Below are positions 50,320 through 58,751 of a stretch of DNA of 64,000 nt, one piece after another. The translations under genes and the position numbers were made by a program. The notes under the pieces are model-generated. The model saw only the letters and a program-made list of their open reading frames with translations. It ran no database searches and was not told the origin of the DNA. The DNA lies in NCBI GenBank assembly GCA_964344185.1, contig CAYFMN010000014.1, positions 1,384 through 65,383 on the forward strand, written 5' to 3'. How positions within the stretch are numbered: position 1 is the first letter of the stretch; each line of letters begins with the position of its first letter. The stretch comes from an uncultured Nitrospinota bacterium. Lineage in GTDB: Bacteria > Nitrospinota > Nitrospinia > Nitrospinales > JAJDAT01.

Positions 50320-51165
50320 TCAAATAGGCTTTATTTTAAATCTAGCTGTTGGAGATAACGTTCCCATTCTTAATCCTCCCATCCTTAAGCCTGTTAAAAC
50401 GTCTATTGAAGGAACAAAAGCATAGGAGCCAAATTCCAAAAACGAGAAAAAATCAGACTCAATTTGGCTAAATTCTTCTAGCAAGTTTTCAAGTTTTTGA
50501 GGAGTTCCGCTTAAAATCGTTAATAACAATCTATTTTCACTTTGAAAAACAAAAGAACGCGCTGAAAATTGCTTCAGGATATGTTGGAAACTTTCTGACT
50601 CAATAAATTTTTTAAATTTTTTTGCTAAAAAAATTTCAGATTTATCGTTTTTATTCCACAAAAAATTTAATCTTAAAGTAAAAGATCCTCCTAAAAACTC
50701 AGGATCTTCAGAACTTATTAAAGTTTTCCGGTTATCGTTTAAATTAGTTGAAAAAACTAAAGAGCCTTCGAAATGATCTGCAGTCTCCGTCAACTCGCTT
50801 AGATTAGTTTCAATTTCAGAAAGTAATCTTGCATTCCATTCTGGATTTTGCGAACTAAAAGAGATAAAAAAATCACCGCCCGTTTCAGCGGGATCTAATT
50901 TTTTTAACATGGAATTACGGAAATTCTCAAATGCCTTTGGTAAGTTTAAATGAAAAACTAAACTCCAAAACCTGAACCCAAAACCGATCATATAATCTAT
51001 TCTAGCTTCTTGACCAAACTTTCCTTGCTCTTCAGCCAAACCGGCAATCATTGCGGCAATTTTAGCGACACTCATAGCGTTTACGCCAAGGTCTTCGATA
51101 AAATAAACCAACGAAACGTTCCGGTCTTGTGGGTGAAAAATAGCGCCAGATTGGGGACGAACCAT
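50320..51165 (-). CDS. Dyp-type peroxidase-like protein (divergent)
   Basis: The N-terminus RPQSGAIFHPQ and the C-terminus GSYAFVPSIDVL resemble the start and end of the DyP/YfeX/EfeB fold. I could not find the canonical GxxDG motif, so the call is tentative. Confidence 0.4.
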   Translation of the reverse strand: MVRPQSGAIFHPQDRNVSLVYFIEDLGVNAMSVAKIAAMIAGLAEEQGKFGQEARIDYMIGFGFRFWSLVFHLNLPKAFENFRNSMLKKLDPAETGGDFFISFSSQNPEWNARLLSEIETNLSELTETADHFEGSLVFSTNLNDNRKTLISSEDPEFLGGSFTLRLNFLWNKNDKSEIFLAKKFKKFIESESFQHILKQFSARSFVFQSENRLLLTILSGTPQKLENLLEEFSQIESDFFSFLEFGSYAFVPSIDVLTGLRMGGLRMGTLSPTARFKIKPI

Positions 51166-51234
51166 AAAGACGTCACAAATTTAAAAATTAAGAAAATGCG
51201 GTAGGAAGTTATATCAGAAATAGGAAAAACAAAA

Positions 51235-51314
51235 TAGCGAAAAAACTGGTAGGCACTCCCGGATGATATTCAATCCCTGGTTTACTGAATCCATCCGGGG
51301 TAAGGAGGTGTGCC
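51235..51314 (-). promoter_or_regulatory. long imperfect hairpin plus T-tract in the leader of the Dyp-like gene (attenuator, riboswitch-like element or small RNA candidate)
   Basis: Minus-strand sequence: GGCAC-ACCTCCTTA-CCCGGATG-G-ATTCA-GTAAACCAGGGAT-TGAAT-AT-CATCCGGG-A-GTGCC, followed by TACCAGTTTTTCGCTATTTTGTTTTT. It lies 70-150 nt upstream of ATG 51165. Confidence 0.35.
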
Positions 51315-51490
51315 TGTCCGAATCTTCAGTTATATTAAAGCAAATAACATGCCAGATAAAAAAATAAAAAAACTCCTTTATTTATAAACAGTTAAAGACT
51401 CATCATAAAAAAGTTTTGGTACATATCCGTGAAAAAACAACCGACTTTGAAAAAATTGCCTAGTAGTCAAACTCTTCAAAGAAATATATA

Positions 51491-52309
51491 ATGTCGTTTA
51501 TTCAAAATCTAAGTGGGGCTTTTTGCATGAAAAATATAAACTCCTTATCGCGTAAATTTATATTAACCTGCATCTTTACATTTGCAATCAGTTTAATCAT
51601 CCCCCAAATTGCTCTAGGGTCTCCAAAAACTTTAAAAGAATGGGGAATACCAAACTGGAAGGGAAAGCGAAATATCTTCTCTAGTTTAGAAGAGCGATCT
51701 TCAAAAGTTCCAGGTAAAGAAACTAGATTTAGAGTTTATGAAGTTGGGAAAGTCTCTGTCGGAGTTTATACCATAGGTGGAAAAGCATATGCCGTTACTG
51801 CAGACTTTGACGGCAAAGAGCCTTTAGACCTTGCCGTAATGGATTTTTCGGGTGAAGGTTTATTTGAAGAAATTTCACCAGGAAGTTCCTTTCAAGCTCC
51901 ATTCTGGGTTTTAAACCTGGGAGAAACGATTCCGGACAAAGATTTAAAATTTGATGAACTAGCCAAAGAAGCTAAAAAATTGAATCCTTACAAAAATCCC
52001 GATTCAATTATTATTCTTTTAGAACCATATAAGAATAAACCCTTGATAGATAGCCCAGAGTTTTTTAACCAACTTGGCTTGGCATATCAAAATAAAAAAA
52101 GAACTCTTGAAGCAATTGAAATGTATCAAAAAGGATTAGCCTTAAATCCTAATCACCCAAATTTAAATTTTAATTTAGGAGTGTCTCATACATTTAACGC
52201 GGATTATGGATCGGCAATAAAACAGTTTGAGTTCTACAAAAAATTAAAACCCAAAAGTTCCCGTACAGAAAAATGGATCGCCTATATCCAAAATCAAGTT
52301 AATCAGTAG
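51491..52309 (+). CDS. secreted TPR-repeat protein
   Basis: Signal peptide after the internal Met at 51527 (MKNINSLSRKFILTCIFTFAISLIIPQIALG). C-terminal TPRs (LGLAYQNKKRTLEAIEMYQKGLALNPNHPNLNFNLG). Confidence 0.7.
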   Translation: MSFIQNLSGAFCMKNINSLSRKFILTCIFTFAISLIIPQIALGSPKTLKEWGIPNWKGKRNIFSSLEERSSKVPGKETRFRVYEVGKVSVGVYTIGGKAYAVTADFDGKEPLDLAVMDFSGEGLFEEISPGSSFQAPFWVLNLGETIPDKDLKFDELAKEAKKLNPYKNPDSIIILLEPYKNKPLIDSPEFFNQLGLAYQNKKRTLEAIEMYQKGLALNPNHPNLNFNLGVSHTFNADYGSAIKQFEFYKKLKPKSSRTEKWIAYIQNQVNQ

Positions 52310-52326
52310 ATGTTCCTCTTTCAAAT

Positions 52327-52368
52327 GTCTCAAAACGTCTAAAATAGTTTCAATCTGAGACTTTTTTT
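52327..52368 (+). terminator. rho-independent terminator of the TPR gene
   Basis: GTCTCA (52327-52332) pairs with TGAGAC (52356-52361), with an inner AAAC/GTTT pairing, followed by T7. Confidence 0.6.
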
Positions 52369-52651
52369 CTTGCTAGTGTTAAGAGCCTATCTTTATTTTT
52401 TTTCATCACCCAACCCAATCGTATAAACAACTGAAAAAAATATACTTAAAAAGCAATCAAATCGAAATATATTTTGGAACAAAAAATGCTTACCTAAATT
52501 AGGTAGTTTGAAAAAACTAGATTAAAAACCGCAATGCTATTTAAGCAATTTTTTGCATGAAGGGTTGGCATTCCCCCCTCGTCAACCCTAACGTTCAAGC
52601 GGACCATTCCAGGTCCGTTTGAACGCTTGTAAACCTGTATAACTAGAAAAA

Positions 52652-53041
52652 ATGGAACTCGACCAGAACCAAGTAAATGAACTCTTAAATTCAAAAAGGA
52701 TCGATGAAGGGGTTCCTGAAAAATCTTCGATAGCTTCAAAACTTGATCCATTGAGAAACTTTCGAAGCTTTATCAAAAAAAATAGAAAAAAGTTAGGTAA
52801 GCATTTTTATCTACTAAAAGATAAAGAAATCCAATTAATAAAACTTCATCAACAAAATGTTGAACAAATCAAATCAACTAAAAAGGTTTGTTTGGATTCA
52901 ATTCAGTTTTTTAAAGAAAGAATGAAAGACTACGATGCAATGGTCTATTTCGCATTAAAATCATTAAAAAGCGGACTTGTCCTAAATCTCCCTCCCTTTG
53001 GTTCTCCTGCCCTAAGGAAAATCGATTTAATCTCCACCTAA
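52652..53041 (+). CDS. hypothetical protein
   Basis: 129-aa K-rich ORF with no recognisable motifs, preceded by two stem-loops. Confidence 0.45.
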   Translation: MELDQNQVNELLNSKRIDEGVPEKSSIASKLDPLRNFRSFIKKNRKKLGKHFYLLKDKEIQLIKLHQQNVEQIKSTKKVCLDSIQFFKERMKDYDAMVYFALKSLKSGLVLNLPPFGSPALRKIDLIST

Positions 53042-53147
53042 CTTTTCTGCGACTAAAGTATCTTTAATACATAGATTTTAGAAAATATCTTGAATCTTAT
53101 CAATTCTTGAAAGAAGATTTAAAAATTATCGCCAATTTTTGGAAAAG

Positions 53148-53708
53148 TTATTCGCCAGAATCTTCTGGTTTTTTCTCATACTTGACCCCATACACCTTTG
53201 CGATAATTTCATTAATAATATCCTTGCCAAGGATATTATAAACAACATTTGCCGATTTAAAATGTTGACTAGTGAAAAGACTGAGCACCTTTTTACTGGA
53301 ATAACCTAACATCATAAATTCGTGGGCATAATTTTCTGCCACTAATCGTAAAGTCTTTTCATCAGCGTCTTCATCTCCGGTAGGAGGACCGGCATCTGGA
53401 TCGGCATCCTCTTTAACTTCATAAACATAAATCAAATGCCAACCAAACTCTGTTTTTACCGGATCGGTGACCGATCCTTCTTCAGCGGAAAAAGCAGCCA
53501 CCTCAAAAGGGCGGACCATAGCCCCCTTACCAAACCATCCCAAATCTCCGCCACGTTTTTTAGAAGGACATTCGCTGTGTAGCTGCGCTAACTCCGCAAA
53601 ATCTTCGCCATCCTCATATCGTTTCTTTAATTCAAGAGCTAATTCCTTATTAGAAACTAAAATGTGCCTAGCTTGCACTTTTTTAACTTTTCTTACCTTT
53701 GAAGACAT
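53148..53708 (-). CDS. parvulin-type peptidyl-prolyl isomerase (PpiC-like) with acidic linker and ~70-aa C-terminal extension
   Basis: Rotamase pattern ARHILV...DFAELAQLHSECPSKKRGGDLGWFGKGAMVRPFE...FGWHLIYV. Confidence 0.85.
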   Translation of the reverse strand: MSSKVRKVKKVQARHILVSNKELALELKKRYEDGEDFAELAQLHSECPSKKRGGDLGWFGKGAMVRPFEVAAFSAEEGSVTDPVKTEFGWHLIYVYEVKEDADPDAGPPTGDEDADEKTLRLVAENYAHEFMMLGYSSKKVLSLFTSQHFKSANVVYNILGKDIINEIIAKVYGVKYEKKPEDSGE

Positions 53709-53777
53709 AACACTTCTCGTAAAGATTAAGTTAATTCATACGGTTTTTTTGAAAAAGAAAAATAACCAATTATTTTT

Positions 53778-54377
53778 TTAAGCGCTTTTTCTTAACAATT
53801 CTTCGCCAATATTTTTGGCGTCTCTATAGCGATCTTTCAATAAATTTCTTAGATTTGGAATACATTCATTCAACGCAATTACTAAAGCGCCCTGATCATC
53901 AGGAATTTTATTATCCTCCGCCACTCTCAGCTCTTCTTTAAAATAGTAAGTATAATTGAAAATAGGAGGTTTATTTTCCTCTTCTAAATCCAACTTATAA
54001 AATGCTAATCGGACGGTTCTATTTTTACTATTAGGATCGATGTCATACGAATCTTCAACCAAATATTTAATTTTATCTAAAGAAAATTCTAATGGTTTAT
54101 TAGCTTTAGGAAAAAGTTCAACATAAGTAAAATATCGGCCAGACTCAAATTCCAAATAAGACATTGGGTTCTTTTCACCGTAAGCTTTCGCCTCAAAGTA
54201 ACGTTGTTTGAACAAAACCATTAACTCATCTGGTATCTCTTTAACAAACCGCTTAACAATTTCTGTTTGTACGTTTGTCAATGTAGGCTGATTCGGAGGA
54301 AGCGTATAGGTTTTTTTAAATCCCAATAAAAAGGAAATTCGATTCTCTGAGTTTTCTGTATCTCTAAAAGAAATCAA
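53778..54377 (-). CDS. hypothetical protein (frame stays open upstream to 54521; possible non-canonical start at 54518)
   Basis: The track start is a TTG. The 48 codons upstream in the same frame contain no stop and look like coding sequence. No recognisable family. Confidence 0.55.
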   Translation of the reverse strand: MISFRDTENSENRISFLLGFKKTYTLPPNQPTLTNVQTEIVKRFVKEIPDELMVLFKQRYFEAKAYGEKNPMSYLEFESGRYFTYVELFPKANKPLEFSLDKIKYLVEDSYDIDPNSKNRTVRLAFYKLDLEEENKPPIFNYTYYFKEELRVAEDNKIPDDQGALVIALNECIPNLRNLLKDRYRDAKNIGEELLRKSA

Positions 54378-54547
54378 TGCGTTCTGATAATCGCAAAACG
54401 GATTGGTATGATAATAATCCTCTAAAACGTAGAGATTTTCAAAGTCTTCCTCTTCAAATCTGTATGTTAGAACAGAGTTTTGACTCTCTTGTGGATTAAT
54501 ATTTCGATAAGATTCGATGGCTTAATTCCTTCTTAAAAAAATTGCGA

Positions 54548-54970
54548 CTATCCTATTGAACGAACGGCTCTGACACTACATTTATTATAAGCGCCGAATT
54601 TTTGAGCAAGATCTTCATAGCCATATCTATAATAAAAAACTATAGCGTTATCAAAGGGTTTTTCTTCGTTAGTCCAGATTGTATAAGAACCTCCAGGAGA
54701 AAAACTTGAATCAATGAAAATTTCAAATCTGTCCATATCGCGAATTCTTCTCTCAGGGTCATAAAGGCTTTGAGCTTCTTCTAAAGTAGGTAATCGCCAG
54801 TCAGAATAGCCGGCAAACTCATCAATATTCAGGTTTCTTAAATACTTTTGGGAATCATACCAACTCATGAATTCTCCATCATCTTGAAAACCGTCGGTTT
54901 GTTTCCACATTAACCTCGTTTCTTGATCTGTGACCGTGCCATCACCATTATCCTTAAATCTTTTTTCCAT
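54548..54970 (-). CDS. DUF1566 (Lcl C-terminal-like) domain protein, no signal peptide
   Basis: FKDNGDGTVTDQETRLMWKQ, GYSDWRLPTLEEAQSLY, IWTNEE and a C-terminal VRAVRSIG. Confidence 0.85.
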   Translation of the reverse strand: MEKRFKDNGDGTVTDQETRLMWKQTDGFQDDGEFMSWYDSQKYLRNLNIDEFAGYSDWRLPTLEEAQSLYDPERRIRDMDRFEIFIDSSFSPGGSYTIWTNEEKPFDNAIVFYYRYGYEDLAQKFGAYNKCSVRAVRSIG

Positions 54971-54982
54971 GGTTAAAAAAAC

Positions 54983-55891
54983 TTATCCTCTTATAGGTCT
55001 AACAGGTCTTATTCCATGACTTCGGAGGCCGCGCTTATACCACTTAAAATCGCCATTATAGTAAAACACTCTCATAGCCAAACGTTCGTCATTTTTATTT
55101 AAGGTTCTTGTCCAGGTAGTAACACCACATCCTGCTGGAAAAACTCTCGGTAAGTAAACAGTGTCGCCATAAACATCGGTGGTTGCATGGCCTGGACAAT
55201 AAATACTTAAGGCTTCTTTCTTTGTGGGCATTCTCCAATCTCCAAATTTAGCAAATTTATTTCTACATAATTCTTTAACATAAACTTTTGCTTCATCCCA
55301 ACTAACCCATTTATCCAGTTCTAATAAAGAATCCAGCTTTGCCCACATCAAATTTGTTTTTAAGTCGCTCACAGTCCCGTCTCGATTATCCACAAAACGA
55401 CTAACCTCCTCTATCCCACCCTGACCATCGTCCACGGTAATAACCATCGAATTTTCAGCCCCAACGCTACGAACCAAACGGACATTACTTGACGAAGAAT
55501 CATGATCTTTATCTAACCAATACTCATAATCGTCGCGAAAATCAAAACCCATGGCTTGTTTTGCGGCGCGCGTTTCGCTAGTCCAAGTAGTATATCCACA
55601 ACCCGAAGAAAACGACTTATCAATATGAACTTCGCATCCATCTTTGTCTGTGTTAATCGACTCGTATACGTAAAGAGTCTTAGCTTCTTTCGCATTTGGA
55701 ACGCGCCAATCTGAATACCCTGCAAGTTTTTCTTTGTTTTTTTCTTTAACAAATTCTTGAGCCTCAACCCAAGTAATATATTTTTCTAATTCCAACCAGG
55801 AATCTCCTTTTGTCCACATAAGAGAAGACTCCATATCGGTTATAGTGCCGTCGCCGTTATCAACGAATCTATTTTTTTGCGTTATTTCCAA
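54983..55891 (-). CDS. tandem double DUF1566 domain protein, no signal peptide
   Basis: Two copies of the signature: FVDNGDGTITD...LMWTK...YSDWRVPNAKEAKTLY...TWTSE...VRLVRSVG, and FVDNRDGTVSD...LMWAK...FGDWRMPTKKEALSIY...TWTR...IRPVRPIRG. Confidence 0.88.
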   Translation of the reverse strand: MEITQKNRFVDNGDGTITDMESSLMWTKGDSWLELEKYITWVEAQEFVKEKNKEKLAGYSDWRVPNAKEAKTLYVYESINTDKDGCEVHIDKSFSSGCGYTTWTSETRAAKQAMGFDFRDDYEYWLDKDHDSSSSNVRLVRSVGAENSMVITVDDGQGGIEEVSRFVDNRDGTVSDLKTNLMWAKLDSLLELDKWVSWDEAKVYVKELCRNKFAKFGDWRMPTKKEALSIYCPGHATTDVYGDTVYLPRVFPAGCGVTTWTRTLNKNDERLAMRVFYYNGDFKWYKRGLRSHGIRPVRPIRG

Positions 55892-55906
55892 ACCACCCTC
55901 ATTTTT

Positions 55907-56356
55907 TTAACCGTCTTTTTGTAAATTTCTTACGAAACGAGTCGCGCCTCGAGAAGTTCGATAAACGTCGTCATACATAGTTCCGCCTTTTCTATAACTA
56001 AATCTCACCGCTTGAATTTTGTTTCTGACGTCGCTAGTCCAACACATAAAACCAAAACCCGGATTAAAAGCTTTATGCAGCCAAGCTATTTGCCCCATAT
56101 GATCTTTATTGGATTGGCCTTTTTCGTAAATACTTTTCGCTTCAGCCACAGTGGGAACTCTCCAGTTCGCAAATCCCGAAACCTTATTTTGGTTTTGTTC
56201 TTCTGCAAAGTCTCGACATTGAACCCAGTTCATCCATTTACCGCTTAATTGCCAAGTATCTTTCTTAAACCACATTAGTCGGGTTTTGACATCAAAAACG
56301 GTATTTTCATCGCAGTCAATAAACCGTTGTGAATCGGAATCTTTGGCGCTCGTCAT
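55907..56356 (-). CDS. DUF1566 domain protein (degenerate N-terminal motif), no signal peptide
   Basis: FIDCDENTVFDVKTRLMWFKK, FANWRVPTVAEAKSIY, CWTSD, TRFVRNL. Confidence 0.8.
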   Translation of the reverse strand: MTSAKDSDSQRFIDCDENTVFDVKTRLMWFKKDTWQLSGKWMNWVQCRDFAEEQNQNKVSGFANWRVPTVAEAKSIYEKGQSNKDHMGQIAWLHKAFNPGFGFMCWTSDVRNKIQAVRFSYRKGGTMYDDVYRTSRGATRFVRNLQKDG

Positions 56357-56379
56357 TGAAAATAATCTTAAACTTATTA

Positions 56380-56883
56380 CTATCTACGTTTTAAAGAACG
56401 GCGTTCTTTACCAACAACATCTTTCCTACACAACCGCACGCTTCCAAAACTATATTCTTCCGCCGTTAACAGCTTCCCCTCGGCAAAATCAAATCGCGGT
56501 CTTTTAGTTGACGTATCGCCATTAACCCAGCAGGTTTTAAAAGCTCCTTCCGGGAAAGCTGGATCCAAGTGAAGAGTTACTCCACCTTTGCCAGGAATCT
56601 CTTTATCTTTTATAAATAAAGTTTGGATCTCATCGGCTAAAGGCAATCGCCAGTCGTCAAATTTACCAATCTTTCGAATATTTTTAGTGTCTGCATAATC
56701 TCTAGATTCATGCCAATTAAAAAACTTTCCTTTATCTTGCCAAGAATCCTTTTTCATCCAGGAAATCCCAGTTTCCGTATCATAAACAACAAATGGACCT
56801 TTGGGTATAAAACGTTTAGGACCTTCATCTTCAACTTTTTCAACTTGTTCGCCGGTTTTTTTTACTTCTGGTAAATCGCTCAT
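56380..56883 (-). CDS. DUF1566 domain protein (divergent), no signal peptide
   Basis: VVYDTETGISWMKKD, FDDWRLPLADEIQTLF, CWVNGD, VRLCRKD, with a charged N-terminal tail. Confidence 0.75.
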   Translation of the reverse strand: MSDLPEVKKTGEQVEKVEDEGPKRFIPKGPFVVYDTETGISWMKKDSWQDKGKFFNWHESRDYADTKNIRKIGKFDDWRLPLADEIQTLFIKDKEIPGKGGVTLHLDPAFPEGAFKTCWVNGDTSTKRPRFDFAEGKLLTAEEYSFGSVRLCRKDVVGKERRSLKRR

Positions 56884-56959
56884 ACAATTATGGCCTCCAC
56901 ATTAAAAGTCGAAAAAACCTTAGATCCAGTTTGATATTTCATAAACCGTAAAGCAGGCT

Positions 56960-57178
56960 TTAATCGCCTGTATAACCAATCTCTACATTTCCTTCATCCA
57001 CGTTAACAATCACGGGAACAATATATTTTCCATTCGAATATTCCAACAACTGCTCTAAACCACGCTCGTTATTATCAACGTCGATAAAAATAAAAGATTT
57101 TAAGTTTTTTTTATAGTCGGCCAGCGCTTTCTGGGTGTGCGGGCAATCTCTTTTTCCAAAAATCATATAATTACTCAT
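56960..57178 (-). CDS. glutaredoxin/NrdH-like thioredoxin-fold protein with CPHT (monothiol) motif
   Basis: 72 aa. MIFGKRDCPHTQKA aligns with the CPxC position of small glutaredoxin-like proteins, and VPVIV...IGYTG is the cis-Pro/GG-like end. Confidence 0.7.
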   Translation of the reverse strand: MSNYMIFGKRDCPHTQKALADYKKNLKSFIFIDVDNNERGLEQLLEYSNGKYIVPVIVNVDEGNVEIGYTGD

Positions 57179-57255
57179 GCGCTATGTTCCGATAAAATTA
57201 TTTTTGATTTGAAAGAACCTATAAAAGAACTTCTCTTAATTTCACCCAATAAAAA

Positions 57256-57891
57256 TTATCCATCGAACTTCCTAGAGTCTTTCCTCCATTCAGGCTCCCA
57301 TTCCTCTTTCTGTTCGTCTCGAACGGCTCTTATGTGAGAATATTCATTATCTTTATTTTCCCACATTTCATTTCCTGTAACATAACTGAACTTCATAGCA
57401 TATTGGTGGTAGTCCGGTTTTTCTTCATATGTCCATGTATTATGTCCACCGTTAGACTCGAAAATTGGGTCAATATGAATTTCAGCGTCATCTTTATCAT
57501 AGTTTGATTTTTCAAAAGAAAATAAAGTCTTGGCCTCGTCGAACCCTGGTAACCTCCAATCATCATAACCTGCAAATTTTTTCTCATTTAAGGCTTCACA
57601 ATAATCATGAGCTTCATACCAGTTAATTCCATAGCCAAACTCTTCGAATGAATCTGATTTAGTCCACATAATATTGTGACGAGAATCGCTAACAGTTCCA
57701 TTCTCATTATCTACGTATATTGGGACATCAGGCTCTACAAGAGAATCCTCATCGTCATCTTCTTCGTCCCAACCTTCGTCGCCTTCCCACTCATCAACTA
57801 TATAATCTTCGTCTTCTGTGGAATCTTCCTCAGTTTGGTCGATTTTATCAAGCTCGTTTTCCTCCTGATCTACCATGTTTTCATCGCCCAT
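57256..57891 (-). CDS. DUF1566 domain protein with ~60-aa poly-acidic N-terminal extension
   Basis: The N-terminus is rich in D/E (EDSTEDEDYIVDEWEGDEGWDEEDDDEDS). Then VDNENGTVSDSRHNIMWTK, YDDWRLPGFDEAKTLF, TWTYEE, IRAVRDE. Confidence 0.85.
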   Translation of the reverse strand: MGDENMVDQEENELDKIDQTEEDSTEDEDYIVDEWEGDEGWDEEDDDEDSLVEPDVPIYVDNENGTVSDSRHNIMWTKSDSFEEFGYGINWYEAHDYCEALNEKKFAGYDDWRLPGFDEAKTLFSFEKSNYDKDDAEIHIDPIFESNGGHNTWTYEEKPDYHQYAMKFSYVTGNEMWENKDNEYSHIRAVRDEQKEEWEPEWRKDSRKFDG

Positions 57892-57942
57892 AAAGCCACC
57901 TATTGATTCTATAATTGGTACGGTTACTAAAAATATAACTAC

Positions 57943-58380
57943 TTAAATATCTCTAACCAGGCGTACCGAAGTACCTGTAGTTGCAACGCTTTGATCAACA
58001 CAAACTTCTTTACCAGACGGGAAGTATGACTTCCACGCATACGACCCATAACGAGTCTCTGAACTCCAAAGACTTTGTTCTCCTCCCGATTTATAATCCG
58101 AAACCTTACGATTCGCTTTAGGAGGTTCATTCAAAAATATTTGCCTATAATCTTCTTTATTTTTGAGTAACGACCGTAATTCACTTTTAGTCGGTATTCT
58201 CCAATCTCCAAAACCTAAATAGTTTTGTTCGTTACATACGCGAACATACTCCATAGCTTCATCCCAGTTGAGCCATTTTTCTAATTCGGCCCTAGAATCT
58301 TTTTTGGACCAACAGAGGTCTTCTTCAAGATCAGTAACAGTACCATCGTTATTATCTTTAAAACTCGACGTTTGAGTCAT
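57943..58380 (-). CDS. DUF1566 domain protein, no signal peptide (first gene of the array)
   Basis: FKDNNDGTVTDLEEDLCWSKKD, FGDWRIPTKSELRSLL, LWSSE, VRLVRDI. ATG 58380 is preferred over the TTG at 58392 in the track. Confidence 0.85.
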   Translation of the reverse strand: MTQTSSFKDNNDGTVTDLEEDLCWSKKDSRAELEKWLNWDEAMEYVRVCNEQNYLGFGDWRIPTKSELRSLLKNKEDYRQIFLNEPPKANRKVSDYKSGGEQSLWSSETRYGSYAWKSYFPSGKEVCVDQSVATTGTSVRLVRDI

Positions 58381-58565
58381 AATTAAAACCAAACAAATAG
58401 CTTAAAATAAAAAAAACACTCCTATCGACGGTTCTCCCGGAAATAACATACTTTTCGACTCCTCTGATAAAGAGTCAAACTTCCCAAGACAAACATATGC
58501 CAATAATTAGAGTGTTTCCCTAGAAAGATTCAATCAAAAATAAAATCGAATCTTGATAAAATACC

Positions 58566-58591
58566 ATCAGCAAAGGTAATTTTCAAGGCAA
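58566..58591 (-). repeat. copy B of a bipartite direct repeat in the region upstream of the DUF1566 operon
   Basis: Plus strand: ATCAGCAAA-GGTAAT-TTTCAAGGCAA. Minus strand: TTGCCTTGAAA-N6-TTTGCTGAT. On the minus strand TTGAAA-N17-TATTTT forms a plausible sigma70-type promoter here. Confidence 0.4.
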
Positions 58592-58751
58592 AACCTTTCA
58601 AAAGTCTACTGTTTAGCGGAAAACCGATTACTCTCATACGGTATTAAAATGAACTTCTATCATATAAATATAATACCTATTTTTCTCCCTTAAAAGATAG
58701 AAATAACATCTTCCCTATGGGTTTTTCTTTCTCAAGATCTACATTCCTTTG

